Assembly: GCA_046482825.1 (NCBI GenBank) | Contig: JAWOEI010000109.1 | Coordinates: 1 to 61,535, forward strand | Reading direction: 5' to 3' | DNA length: 61,535 nucleotides | Source of the DNA: Kiritimatiellia bacterium | GTDB taxonomy: Bacteria > Verrucomicrobiota > Kiritimatiellia > RFP12 > UBA1067 | The notes under the pieces: generated by a model | Databases searched by the model: none | Seen by the model: only the letters and a program-made list of their open reading frames with translations | What the model was told of the DNA's origin: nothing | Shown here: positions 10,645 to 20,048 of the stretch, one piece after another | Layout: each line of letters begins with the position of its first letter | How positions within the stretch are numbered: the stretch's first letter is position 1 | Program-made: the position numbers and the translations under genes

Positions 10645-11079
10645 ATGCACAGAAAAAAACTCAGTTCGACTGATCAGTGCGAAATGGATATGACGCCCAT
10701 GATCGATGTTGTGTTTCAGCTTATCATTTTCTTCGTGGTAACCCTGAAGATGACGCAGGATCAGAATGAAAACATCTTTCTCGAAGACGGAAAACACGGC
10801 GTTACCCTGACGCAGGACAACATGCCCCCCAGTACTCTTGAGATTGAGCTCGGCCGTCGGGGACGTCTGTCCATTCATAATGCGGTACTTACGAAATCGA
10901 TGCTTCACGTGATACTGAAAAACCGTGTTGCACGTCACGGCAACGAATTTCCAGTCCTTATCCGTGCTGATAAACGTGTTCCGCACAATAAAGTCAGGGA
11001 AATCATGGATATCTGTACTGCTGCGGGAATATGGAAACTCTCGTTTGTGGCTGTTCAGGAGCACAAAACGGGTAAATGA
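10645..11079 (+). CDS. exbD: Biopolymer transport protein ExbD/TolR (copy 1)
   Basis: 144 aa. 'DMTPMIDVVFQLIIFFVVT' with the conserved TM Asp. Confidence 0.9.
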   Translation: MHRKKLSSTDQCEMDMTPMIDVVFQLIIFFVVTLKMTQDQNENIFLEDGKHGVTLTQDNMPPSTLEIELGRRGRLSIHNAVLTKSMLHVILKNRVARHGNEFPVLIRADKRVPHNKVREIMDICTAAGIWKLSFVAVQEHKTGK

Positions 11080-11097
11080 TAATATCAGGAGGCCTTT

Positions 11098-11502
11098 ATG
11101 GCTTACAGAAGAAAAAAAAACAGAGGTGAATCTCCCCAGCTGGATATGACGCCTATGATCGATGTGGTTTTCCAGTTGTTGATCTTTTTTGTTGTCACTA
11201 TCAAGCAGGAGGATATCCTCTCTAAGCTGTCCGCAGCACGCCCCGCTCCAGATAAGAATGCGAAGCCGGATAAGCAACCCGATCTGCTGAATATCATTGT
11301 TGCGTCGCAGGGCTTCATCTTTAACGGACGCTCGGTGAGTAAAGAGGCACTGGACAGACGTATCGAGCAGTATTCCAAGCTCAGCAAAACTGCGATGATA
11401 GTGATCAAGTGTACTGCTGATTCTCCACACGGGCTCCTGGTGCAGTCACTGGATATCTGCAATAAGCATGGTATGACGAACCTGTCCATTTTCAGTATGT
11501 AA
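11098..11502 (+). CDS. exbD: Biopolymer transport protein ExbD/TolR (copy 2)
   Basis: 134 aa. 'DMTPMIDVVFQLLIFFVVT'. AGGAGG lies 6 nt upstream. It starts 18 nt after copy 1. Confidence 0.9.
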   Translation: MAYRRKKNRGESPQLDMTPMIDVVFQLLIFFVVTIKQEDILSKLSAARPAPDKNAKPDKQPDLLNIIVASQGFIFNGRSVSKEALDRRIEQYSKLSKTAMIVIKCTADSPHGLLVQSLDICNKHGMTNLSIFSM

Positions 11503-11520
11503 GGGAGAGGGTAGATTAAT

Positions 11521-13257
11521 ATGGATTTAAATGAAGTAAATACCCATCTCGCAGAAATCGCCGAGATGTATGGGAGCGAATCTTATTTTCATCGCCTTAA
11601 AAAACTTTTTACAGGCCTGAAACAGCCCAGGAGTTCGCATGCATACAAGGAGTCGATGATAGAGATGCAGCGATTGTCGGCGCCGCTGGCCGCAATTTTG
11701 ATGCCGGCTCTTGCTGTGTTTCTGCTGATTGTGCTTTCGAGTGCCACTACCAGTAGGGAGAAGGTTATCGAAACCCAGATTATTGAAGCGGAGGAAATGC
11801 AGGATCTTCAGGAGATAGAAGAGATTGTTGAACCACCCGAGGTGATGGAGGAACTGGATGTCGATATAGAAATCGACACGCCGGATGTCAGCGTTGAAGC
11901 AGTACAGCAGGAGACTACGGTCAGTTCACAGCCCGCTGAGTTTGATTCGGTTATGAGTGTTAAAAGTCCGGTTATTCTAAAGAATATGTACGGGACAACA
12001 CGCAGTACCGGTACTATCGGCGCGTCACTGAAACGTTTCGGCGGTGATAAACAGACCGAAGCCGCAGTTATGAAGGCCCTTCGCTGGCTGAAGATGAAAC
12101 AGAACAAAGATGGAAGCTGGGATCGCAATAAGGTGGCCATGACAGGATTGGCCATCCTGACCTTCCTTGCTCACGGTGAGAAACCGGGTGACTCCGAAGA
12201 GTTCGGCGATACAATACGGAAGGCTCTGAAGTATCTCATCCAAAGGCATAAAGCTAATAAAGGCCGCCTTCCCGGTAACTATGATCATCCCATTGCGACT
12301 TACGCAATCTGTGAAGCTTACGGCATGACTCTCAATCCCAATGTCAAGACAGTAGCCGAGGAATCGCTCGCGCAGATTATTAAAGGGCAGCATCCGACCG
12401 GAGGCTGGACTTACAATCTATACAGCGGTTTGGATAAGAAAACCGGCAAATACCGTGATGACACATCTTATATGGGCTGGTGTGCACAGGCTTTGAAGGC
12501 AGGTAAGCTTGGCGGCTTGCATGTGGAAGGCATGGAGAAATCCATCAAACTGGCTATCAAGGGATTCCTGGGAAATGCCCATCCCAAGGGCGGTTTCGGA
12601 TATACCAGTCCTTCGAGAGGCGGATTAACCGCAACCGGTACGCTCTGTCTGCAGCTTTTAGGTGCCTCTTATAAAAGGGAAGTCAAGAAATCGCTTGATC
12701 TGATGGATGAATGGACACCGACATTCTCGCAGTATGACAGGGTTCATGAAATCATGAAACAGTTGAAGCCGGAAGACCTGATTATGCGCAATAAAGCGGG
12801 AAAGCCTATTCTGGATGATAAAGGCAAACCAAGAAAACAGAGTAGGATAAGAGTTGCCAAAAATAAGCTTGTTTCAGAACTGGAGCCGGAGAAAAGAAAA
12901 TTTTACACAGGATCGCCTCAGTATTATTACTACTATGCGACGCAGTGTAAATTCCATGAAGGCGGCAAAGACTGGGTGAACTGGAACAAGGACATGAAGC
13001 CTGCGTATATCAAAGCTCAGAAGGTTAAGAAAGATGCTTATTCTTTCGATGACAAAAAACATGATGTCGGATGGTGGGAGAATGCGGATACACATTCGGA
13101 TCGCCCGGTTATGGACACTTGCCTCGCCGCACTCCAGCTGATGGTTTACTATCGTTATCTGCCTACAACCAGTGCCAGGGCTGTCGAGGTTGAAGAGGAA
13201 ATTACCGCTACCTCAACAGATACCGATGACATCAAGGTGGATGTCGGTAATCTGTAG
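11521..13257 (+). CDS. TonB-topology membrane protein with prenyltransferase/squalene-cyclase-like alpha/alpha-toroid periplasmic domain
   Basis: 578 aa. A cytoplasmic N-terminus is followed by a single TM 'LAAILMPALAVFLLIVL' and an acidic linker 'EAEEMQDLQEIEEIVEPPEVMEELDVDIEIDTP'. Toroid repeats follow: 'ALRWLKMKQNKDGSW' and 'GQHPTGGWTY'. It starts 18 nt after exbD2. I see no TonB C-terminal motif. Confidence 0.75.
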   Translation: MDLNEVNTHLAEIAEMYGSESYFHRLKKLFTGLKQPRSSHAYKESMIEMQRLSAPLAAILMPALAVFLLIVLSSATTSREKVIETQIIEAEEMQDLQEIEEIVEPPEVMEELDVDIEIDTPDVSVEAVQQETTVSSQPAEFDSVMSVKSPVILKNMYGTTRSTGTIGASLKRFGGDKQTEAAVMKALRWLKMKQNKDGSWDRNKVAMTGLAILTFLAHGEKPGDSEEFGDTIRKALKYLIQRHKANKGRLPGNYDHPIATYAICEAYGMTLNPNVKTVAEESLAQIIKGQHPTGGWTYNLYSGLDKKTGKYRDDTSYMGWCAQALKAGKLGGLHVEGMEKSIKLAIKGFLGNAHPKGGFGYTSPSRGGLTATGTLCLQLLGASYKREVKKSLDLMDEWTPTFSQYDRVHEIMKQLKPEDLIMRNKAGKPILDDKGKPRKQSRIRVAKNKLVSELEPEKRKFYTGSPQYYYYYATQCKFHEGGKDWVNWNKDMKPAYIKAQKVKKDAYSFDDKKHDVGWWENADTHSDRPVMDTCLAALQLMVYYRYLPTTSARAVEVEEEITATSTDTDDIKVDVGNL

Positions 13258-13264
13258 CGTTAAA

Positions 13265-13297
13265 CACGGGGGGCTGCCCCCGTGCTGTCGCTGTTTT
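13265..13297 (+). terminator. Hairpin terminator candidate closing the Exb cluster
   Basis: Perfect 8-bp stem cacggggg/cccccgtg with a 4-nt loop. A TTTT run follows 9 nt later, so the tail is weak. Confidence 0.4.
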
Positions 13298-13367
13298 ATC
13301 AAGTGCGGTTTTCCCGGTATTGATGTTCCGCCGGTAACGGCGGGATTCCGGTTCGGTGGTAGCAGTT

Positions 13368-14594
13368 ATGCCCTTTTCCCTTTTTCTAGCCTGTAAATAT
13401 CTCAAGCCTAAACGCAGTGTCGCATCCGTCGTGACACTGATTTCCGTTCTTGGTGTGGTGCTTGGTGTCGCCATAATTATCATAGTGCGGGCTGTAATGA
13501 CAGGTTTCGGCGATATGTGGCAGGAGAAAATCCTCGATTTCAAGCCGCATATCACGGTTCGTTCTGTGGGTGGCGGTGTGATTCACGACGAGGGAACGAT
13601 CTGCCGCAGACTGGAACAGGTTGAAGGCGTAATCGCCGCATCGCCCTCGCTTGAAACGCGTGTCCTGGTGGAACACCGTCGCCGGGTTGTCGCGCCGCTG
13701 CTTATCGGTGTTGATCCTGAACAGGCCTGCAGGGTTCTCAAGCTGGACAGAGTGGTCTCCGGTGCTTTTGATTTGCGTGGAGACTCTGTGGTTCTCGGTG
13801 TTGATCTGGCGGTTGAACTCGGGGTGACGGTAGGTGATGACCTGCTTATATACTCCCCTATGAATCTGGTTTCCGACGACGAGGTTTATTTTCCGGAACG
13901 CCTAACTGTCACCGGCGTTTTTGAATCAGGACAGCGTGATTTCGACTCAGGTTATATCATTACTTCCCTGGCTGTTGCACGCGACCTTATGGGCATGGAT
14001 AAAGGGGTGTATTCTATTCACCTGAAAACGGAACATCCGGCGAAACATGAATATTTCAGCAGGGTCCGTGAAGATGTGGACAGGCTGCTTCCCGGATATG
14101 TCGTGCGCACCTGGCAGGAGATAGACAGGCAGCTTTTCAATGCGCTGGCCGTTGAAAAAAACATGATGGTTATTCTGCTTATGTTTATCACCGTTGTGGC
14201 TATTTTCTGCGTAACCAACACTCTGATTGTGCTGACAGTGCAGAAAACCGATGAGATAGGCCTGCTCAAAGCCCTGGGTTTTTCCTCTGCTCAGGTGATG
14301 TGGGCCTTTGTAATACACGGGTGGATTCAGTGTATCGCGGGAACTCTGCTGGGTGTGGGCGCTGCTTTCCTTATTCTGCATAATCTGCAGTCCATGGTTG
14401 ACGGATTATCCATGATGGGTGTCGAGGTTTTCCCCAAGGATATTTACGGGCTTTCTTCAATACCGTGGCGTATTGTTACTTCAGAGGTGGTTGATGTAGC
14501 GCTAAGCGTTATACTGTTCTGTACAGTGGCTAGTTTTCTTCCTGCGTGGCGTGCCTCCCGAATGGATCCGGTGGAGGCTTTGCGTAAGGAGTAG
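13368..14594 (+). CDS. Lipoprotein-releasing ABC transporter permease (LolC/E, FtsX family)
   Basis: Starts 'MPFSLFLACKYLKPKRS'. It has the 4-TM FtsX layout with a large periplasmic loop. The ORF track starts at a GTG 12 nt upstream, and I prefer the ATG. Confidence 0.85.
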   Translation: MPFSLFLACKYLKPKRSVASVVTLISVLGVVLGVAIIIIVRAVMTGFGDMWQEKILDFKPHITVRSVGGGVIHDEGTICRRLEQVEGVIAASPSLETRVLVEHRRRVVAPLLIGVDPEQACRVLKLDRVVSGAFDLRGDSVVLGVDLAVELGVTVGDDLLIYSPMNLVSDDEVYFPERLTVTGVFESGQRDFDSGYIITSLAVARDLMGMDKGVYSIHLKTEHPAKHEYFSRVREDVDRLLPGYVVRTWQEIDRQLFNALAVEKNMMVILLMFITVVAIFCVTNTLIVLTVQKTDEIGLLKALGFSSAQVMWAFVIHGWIQCIAGTLLGVGAAFLILHNLQSMVDGLSMMGVEVFPKDIYGLSSIPWRIVTSEVVDVALSVILFCTVASFLPAWRASRMDPVEALRKE

Positions 14595-14796
14595 GTAAAG
14601 AAATGCGCGAGTGATGAAGTGCGCAAGTTCTTTTTTACAAGCACTTTATGTGACAGCACGGGATGCGGGTTGAAATACTGGCCGTGTCCCGAAACCCGGA
14701 TCAGGTATCAGATTGCTTCCTGTAACATCAAATAACAATCAGGAAAAGCGCATGACCCAGGACAAAGTGGAATGAACAATAAAAGCAGACATTACT

Positions 14797-15471
14797 ATGC
14801 TCAAAGCAGATAAAATATACAAAAAATACATACTGCCCCATCAAACTGTGGAGGTCCTGAAAGGCGCATCTTTTTCTGTGGGCGGCAACGAGCGCGTTGC
14901 TGTTGTGGGGCGCAGCGGCGCCGGCAAAAGCACACTGCTGCATATTCTGGGGGGGCTTGACAGGCCTGACTCCGGCACACTCGAAGTGGACGGACTTTCG
15001 ATCTACTCTATGTCGCGACGTAAACGCACGGCAGTCAGAGCGGCGCGTATCGGGTTTGTTTTCCAGTCCTATCATCTGCTGCCGGAGATGGATGTGACTG
15101 AGAACGTGATGCTTCCCGCTATGACAGGAGTTCTGCATCTTTCACGAAGCGCTATGCGTAAACGCGCTCTGGATCTGCTGGAACGTGTGGGACTGGCCGA
15201 CCGTGCATCACACAGACCCATGGAACTTTCAGGCGGGGAACAGCAGCGTGTGGCGCTGGCGCGTGCCCTGATCAACAAACCGGCCCTGATCCTTGCGGAT
15301 GAACCTACAGGCAATCTTGACAGCACAACCGGATCCAGTGTGATGGATCTGCTTTTTGAACTTTCATGTACAAACAGTTCCGCTCTTGTTATGGTTACAC
15401 ACTCTATGGATAGCGCGGGACTTTGCGACCGCATTCTTGAAATCCGTGACGGCCTGCTGGTGGAAGTATAA
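14797..15471 (+). CDS. lolD: Lipoprotein-releasing ABC transporter ATP-binding protein
   Basis: 224 aa. Walker A 'GRSGAGKST', signature 'LSGGEQQRVALARAL', Walker B 'LILADEPTGNLD'. Confidence 0.85.
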   Translation: MLKADKIYKKYILPHQTVEVLKGASFSVGGNERVAVVGRSGAGKSTLLHILGGLDRPDSGTLEVDGLSIYSMSRRKRTAVRAARIGFVFQSYHLLPEMDVTENVMLPAMTGVLHLSRSAMRKRALDLLERVGLADRASHRPMELSGGEQQRVALARALINKPALILADEPTGNLDSTTGSSVMDLLFELSCTNSSALVMVTHSMDSAGLCDRILEIRDGLLVEV

Positions 15472-15581
15472 GACGACTCACATGCTGCGCAACGCGCGGA
15501 GCATGAAGGTGACCGAAAGTTTGAATTACTGTAACTGAAAGGTTGATCCGCTTAAGTTGTGCCTAAAAAAAGGAATACGAA

Positions 15582-16211
15582 ATGAAAACCGCATTGTTCG
15601 ATCTGGACGGAACCCTGACCGATACACGCGATGACCTGACTCTGGCGATAAACCTGACACGCGCTGAATATAATCTGCCGCCTGTGGGACGTCAGCTTGT
15701 GGTTGATGCCGTGGGCAACGGTGTTAAGCCTATGATAGAACGTATCTTCGAACCGCTGCCGGATGCGTACGAAAAAATTCTGGCACGTTACAGAGAACAT
15801 TATGCGAAACACTTTCTGGATAACACAACGCTTTATCCCGGTGTTGAGGATACGTTGAATACAATGGCCTCGGATGGATGGAAGCTGGGTGTGGTTACAA
15901 ATAAACCGGGAATTTTCGCCCGACCTTTACTGGAGGGCATAGGGGTTGCCAGCTTTTTCGGTGCAATAATCGGTGGAGGCGACTGCGAAAAGCTTAAACC
16001 CGATCCCTCGCCGCTGTATCTGGCCGCAGAAAATATGGGAGTTGTTCTGGATGAATACGACTGGATGATAGGCGACCACGTTACAGATCTGAAGTCAGGC
16101 AATACCGCCGGCATGCAGACATGTTTCTGCAGCTTTGGAATGGGGGAAACTCAGGGTGTGCATCATAATATTGCCGTAGGGCGTATGGATGAATTATTGC
16201 TACACCTATGA
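15582..16211 (+). CDS. HAD-IA hydrolase, phosphoglycolate phosphatase-like
   Basis: 209 aa. 'LFDLDGTLTDT', 'VVTNK', 'GDHVTDLKSGNTAG'. Confidence 0.8.
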   Translation: MKTALFDLDGTLTDTRDDLTLAINLTRAEYNLPPVGRQLVVDAVGNGVKPMIERIFEPLPDAYEKILARYREHYAKHFLDNTTLYPGVEDTLNTMASDGWKLGVVTNKPGIFARPLLEGIGVASFFGAIIGGGDCEKLKPDPSPLYLAAENMGVVLDEYDWMIGDHVTDLKSGNTAGMQTCFCSFGMGETQGVHHNIAVGRMDELLLHL

Positions 16212-16306
16212 ATCCTACGTTTTGCGCTATCAAGTATGTGAAAGACGCAATGGGACTTGTTTGCCGAAGCCTTGGCTGAGGGGCAGGTGGAAAGGAAGTT
16301 TTTTCG

Positions 16307-17890
16307 ATGGCGGATCAGAAAAGGGAAGTCTGGGCGAGTAAGATAGGTGTTGTTCTGGCGGCAGCCGGCAGTGCCGTCGGTCTAGGAAATTTCCTCCGGT
16401 TTCCGGGAGTGGCCGCGCAGAATGGCGGCGGCGCTTTTATGATTCCGTACTTTTTTGCTCTTCTTTTCATTGCTCTGCCGCTTTGCTGGATGGAATGGAG
16501 TATGGGCCGGCTGGGAGGCTCTTACGGTCATGGTTCTGCACCCGGTGTTTTTGATGTGCTGACCGGACATAAAAAACCCTGGATCAAGTATCTGGGTGTG
16601 ATGGGGATTGTCGGTGGTCTGGGGATATTTTTTTATTATGTCTATATAGAGTCCTGGACGCTGGCTTACAGTATATTCGCAGTCACAGGGAAATACAGCA
16701 ACATCACGTCGCCCGCGGAAATGGGAGTGTTTCTTGACAGTTATAAGGCCGGAGACGGCCAATATTTTAACAGCAGGTGGCCTGTTTACAGTTTTTTCCT
16801 TGTTACGTTTACTGTAAACTTTTCGATTCTTTACAGGGGTATAAGCAACGGGATTGAACGTTTCTGCAAGATTGCTATGCCGCTGCTTTTTTTTATGGCG
16901 GTAATTCTCGCTGTCCGTGTGTTTACCCTGGGATCACCTGTCAATCCGGAGTGGACGGTAAGCGAAGGTCTCGGGTTTTTGTGGAATCCGGATTTTTCCG
17001 CGCTTAAATCCTCCAAGGTGTGGCTTGCTGCCGCAGGGCAGGTTTTTTTCTCCATTTCAGTGGGAATCGGTACGCTGCTGACATACGCATCCTATATGAA
17101 GCGCACGGATGATGTGCTGACATCTTCAACCACTTCCGCATTTCTCAATGAGTTTGCTGAGCTTGTTCTCGGGGCATCTATTGTGATTCCCGCAGCTGTT
17201 GTCTTTTTCGGACCGGTCGAGACAGAGGCTGTGGCCGGAAATATTTTCGACCTGGCTTTTAAAACCACACCGCTGATCTTTAAGTCGATGGCTGGCGGAC
17301 CGCTGATAGGTTTTGCCTGGTTTTTTCTTCTGTTTATCGCTGGCTGCACCAGCTCTGTCTCAATTATACAGCCGGCACTTTCTTTCCTACAGGATGAATT
17401 CGGCTTCAATCGCAAACGCTGCGTGATTGTGCTCGGGGCGCTTACATTTGTTTTTGCCAACCTGACAATATTCGGTAAGGGGGTGTTGGGTGAAATGGAT
17501 TTCTGGTTCAGCGAGCTGGGGCTTCCGCTCTTCGGTTTTATCGAGGTAATTGTTTTCACCTGCTTCTTCGGCATTGATAAGGGGTGGAAGGAGCTACACA
17601 GCAACGCCCGTATGCGTCTGCCGCTTTTTCTGAAATTCGTGATGCGCTGGTGTACTCCGGTGTTTCTCTTCATAATTCTCAGCAGCTGGTTTCTGAGCGA
17701 AGGCTGGCAGAAAATCCTGATGATCAGGCAGGTTGACGGCGTGTGGCAGCGGCTGTATGAAGGGGATACCTTCTACTGGGTGCTTGCAACGCGTATCAGC
17801 CTGCTGGCAGTTTTTGCTGCAACCTGCTGGCTGGTCAGAATTGCCTGGAGAGCGGACAAGCACCGCGCGAATATCCTCGATACGGAGTAA
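16307..17890 (+). CDS. Sodium-dependent transporter, neurotransmitter:sodium symporter (SNF/NSS) family
   Basis: 527 aa, polytopic. Hallmark 'AAGSAVGLGNFLRFP' at the N-terminus. Confidence 0.9.
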   Translation: MADQKREVWASKIGVVLAAAGSAVGLGNFLRFPGVAAQNGGGAFMIPYFFALLFIALPLCWMEWSMGRLGGSYGHGSAPGVFDVLTGHKKPWIKYLGVMGIVGGLGIFFYYVYIESWTLAYSIFAVTGKYSNITSPAEMGVFLDSYKAGDGQYFNSRWPVYSFFLVTFTVNFSILYRGISNGIERFCKIAMPLLFFMAVILAVRVFTLGSPVNPEWTVSEGLGFLWNPDFSALKSSKVWLAAAGQVFFSISVGIGTLLTYASYMKRTDDVLTSSTTSAFLNEFAELVLGASIVIPAAVVFFGPVETEAVAGNIFDLAFKTTPLIFKSMAGGPLIGFAWFFLLFIAGCTSSVSIIQPALSFLQDEFGFNRKRCVIVLGALTFVFANLTIFGKGVLGEMDFWFSELGLPLFGFIEVIVFTCFFGIDKGWKELHSNARMRLPLFLKFVMRWCTPVFLFIILSSWFLSEGWQKILMIRQVDGVWQRLYEGDTFYWVLATRISLLAVFAATCWLVRIAWRADKHRANILDTE

Positions 17891-18009
17891 GAAGAAGTGC
17901 GTGAGTTGTGTGGTTGCCGTTTTTCCGTGCCGCTTGCGCAGTTGATGAAATCAAAGACAGCTGGCTTAACCGAGCCGCATTCCGCGTGGCAAAAACACCC
18001 TTCACTCGT

Positions 18010-18942
18010 TTACCCGAACACCAGCAGCACAAACGCCAGGACAGGCATGGCGAATAGAGTGCTGAGAGTTACTGCGGAGGCGGCCAGTTCCTTGTCGGCC
18101 TTCATCTGTTCCGCCATAACATAGGAAGTCACCGCAGTAGGCGACGCCAGATATATCAGGGATATCAGCAGAATGTCTTTGTTGTCAATGCCGGAAACAC
18201 GGGCTATAAAATAGCCTATCAGGGGCATGACAAGCAGCTTGAGAAAAGAAGCGGCAATGGCTGGTTTCAGACGGAGGCGCATTGTATCAAAAGAAAGGCC
18301 GGCTCCGAGAGAGAGGATAGCGCACGGCAGGGCCGCCTGCCCGAGAGTTTTGACCGCCCGCAGGACAGACGCAGGGATATTCAATTCTGTAAGCATAACA
18401 GCCAGTCCGACTGCACAGGCAATAATCAAAGGATTGCTGAGAGTCCCTGTGATGGTTTTTTTAAGACGTGTTTTCAGGGAGGAACCCTCCGGCGGAGTGA
18501 GGATAATCACCGCAAGTAAATTGTAGAAGGGAATAGCGGGTATGAATGCAATCACGGCGAGTTCCGCCATTTCAGAATCAGCTCCGAAAGTAAATAGGAT
18601 AATGGGAAGGCCCGAATAGGCCAGATTTCCGCGCATCGCGGCTTGCATCAGAGAGCGTGCCGATGCATTCGGCTGGTGGCTTAATTCAGACCATGCCCAC
18701 GCGATGAAGCTTATAATCAGTGAACAGACACATAACAGACATCCTATATGCAGCCCCGGCGCAATGGAATGCGCATCTGCGGTAGCAATTTTATAGGAAA
18801 TCAGAGCCGGAAGCAGAATGTAAAAGCCCAGGCGGTTCAACTGTAGAAAAAAAGATTTCGGCAGAAAATCTTTCGCAATCAGAATGGTTCCGAGAGCTAT
18901 GATGAAACAGATAGGAAGAATTGATGTGAAGATAATTTGCAT
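18010..18942 (-). CDS. AEC (auxin efflux carrier) family transporter
   Basis: 310 aa with about 10 TM segments. The two-lobe layout and 'ASPTAVTSYVMA'-type C-terminal helix are typical of the AEC/malonate transporter family. Confidence 0.8.
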   Translation of the reverse strand: MQIIFTSILPICFIIALGTILIAKDFLPKSFFLQLNRLGFYILLPALISYKIATADAHSIAPGLHIGCLLCVCSLIISFIAWAWSELSHQPNASARSLMQAAMRGNLAYSGLPIILFTFGADSEMAELAVIAFIPAIPFYNLLAVIILTPPEGSSLKTRLKKTITGTLSNPLIIACAVGLAVMLTELNIPASVLRAVKTLGQAALPCAILSLGAGLSFDTMRLRLKPAIAASFLKLLVMPLIGYFIARVSGIDNKDILLISLIYLASPTAVTSYVMAEQMKADKELAASAVTLSTLFAMPVLAFVLLVFG

Positions 18943-18986
18943 GTTGTTTAGGGGTTGGGGAGTTGAAGGGGTTGGGGCGCTCCCTA

Positions 18987-19844
18987 TTACGCGTCATACT
19001 CCGCTTCTCCATGCCAGGGTTCAGCTTCCGGAACAGCTATGGCGCCGCTGCTGATACGCTGACGAACAGCTTCAAACAGCAGGATAGTGGCAGCTGAGGC
19101 GACATTCAGCGAGTCGGCAAGCCCCAGCATGGGAATACGTACTCGCAGGTCGGCTTGGTTCATCCATTTTTCCGTCAGTCCGTATTGTTCTGTCCCGAGA
19201 GCAATGGCGGTATTCCGCGTAAGATCAACACCGGAATGCAGGTGTTCGGCGTGCGGAGTTGCCGCCAGTATATGGAATTTATGTTTTTTCAGGAACGCAA
19301 GTGCTTCGCTGCTGGTTGTTTCTATTACAGGAACGGAAAAAATTGTGCCTGTTGAGGCTCGTACAACATTGGGATTGTGGATGTCGGTGCAGCGATCACA
19401 GACGATTACCGCATTCACACCGGCGGCATCAGCGGATCGCAGCACAGTGCCGAGGTTGCCGGGTTTCTCTATTGATTCCGCTACTACAATCAGCGCATTT
19501 CCCGGCAGCCTGAGATCAGCCAGGGATGTTCTGAGCTGTGGTGCCACCATCAACAAACCTTCAGGGCGTTCACGATAAGCAATTTTTTCAAAAACCGGAA
19601 CAGTGCACGACAGACACAGTGCGCCTTTTTTGCGACACTCATCCACCAGTGCCGGTTCGTTCAGGTTTTTCAGATACAGCAGTTCACAGTAAAAGAGAAT
19701 TTCCGGTATGCAGCCGTAATCAAGGGCCCGGCGGCATTCACGGTATCCTTCTATCAGCATCTGGCCGGATTCGTCGCGGTGCGGGCGCTGCCGCAGTTTT
19801 ACAGCATGTTTGATCTTGGGATTGGTTAATGATGTGATATCCAT
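18987..19844 (-). CDS. TrmH/SpoU-family RNA 2'-O-methyltransferase
   Basis: 'ESIEKPGNLGTVLRSADAAGV', 'IALGTEQYGL', 'IPMLGLADSLNVASA' (SPOUT knot). The first ATG is at 19844. The track starts at a TTG at 19871. Confidence 0.85.
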   Translation of the reverse strand: MDITSLTNPKIKHAVKLRQRPHRDESGQMLIEGYRECRRALDYGCIPEILFYCELLYLKNLNEPALVDECRKKGALCLSCTVPVFEKIAYRERPEGLLMVAPQLRTSLADLRLPGNALIVVAESIEKPGNLGTVLRSADAAGVNAVIVCDRCTDIHNPNVVRASTGTIFSVPVIETTSSEALAFLKKHKFHILAATPHAEHLHSGVDLTRNTAIALGTEQYGLTEKWMNQADLRVRIPMLGLADSLNVASAATILLFEAVRQRISSGAIAVPEAEPWHGEAEYDA

Positions 19845-20048
19845 AAGTTGTGCTTTCCCTGTAACATTCAAACGGATACCGCATCCGTTTCCGCCTGTTT
19901 CCCGATATATTAGCCGAGCTGATTCAGCTATGCAAGAAGAGGATTACCGGTAAAGTTTTTTCTGATCCGCAATCCTCAAGCTTGTGTTTTTATCTATACT
20001 TCTGTATATTCCAGGCTGTTCAGGAAGTAAAAAAAGCAGGAATTCAGG

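Noticed and set aside
11107-11121. A9 run in codons 4-7 of exbD copy 2, considered as a frameshift switch.
   Set aside because: It encodes the Lys/Arg-rich cytoplasmic N-terminus expected for ExbD ('RRKKNRGE'). An A-run of this length is not exceptional, and there is no evidence of an alternative frame.
10612-11430. 272-aa ORF antisense to both exbD genes. Similar long antisense ORFs lie at 23970..25028 (opposite bamA), 60445..61050 (opposite the SGNH gene), 8000..8662 and 6959..7615 (opposite the TPR gene), 20070..20777 (opposite asd) and 25815..26621 (opposite lpxD).
   Set aside because: Each lies fully inside a gene with strong family motifs on the other strand. They have no recognisable motifs and an odd composition (Arg/Ser/His-rich). 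They are classic shadow ORFs.
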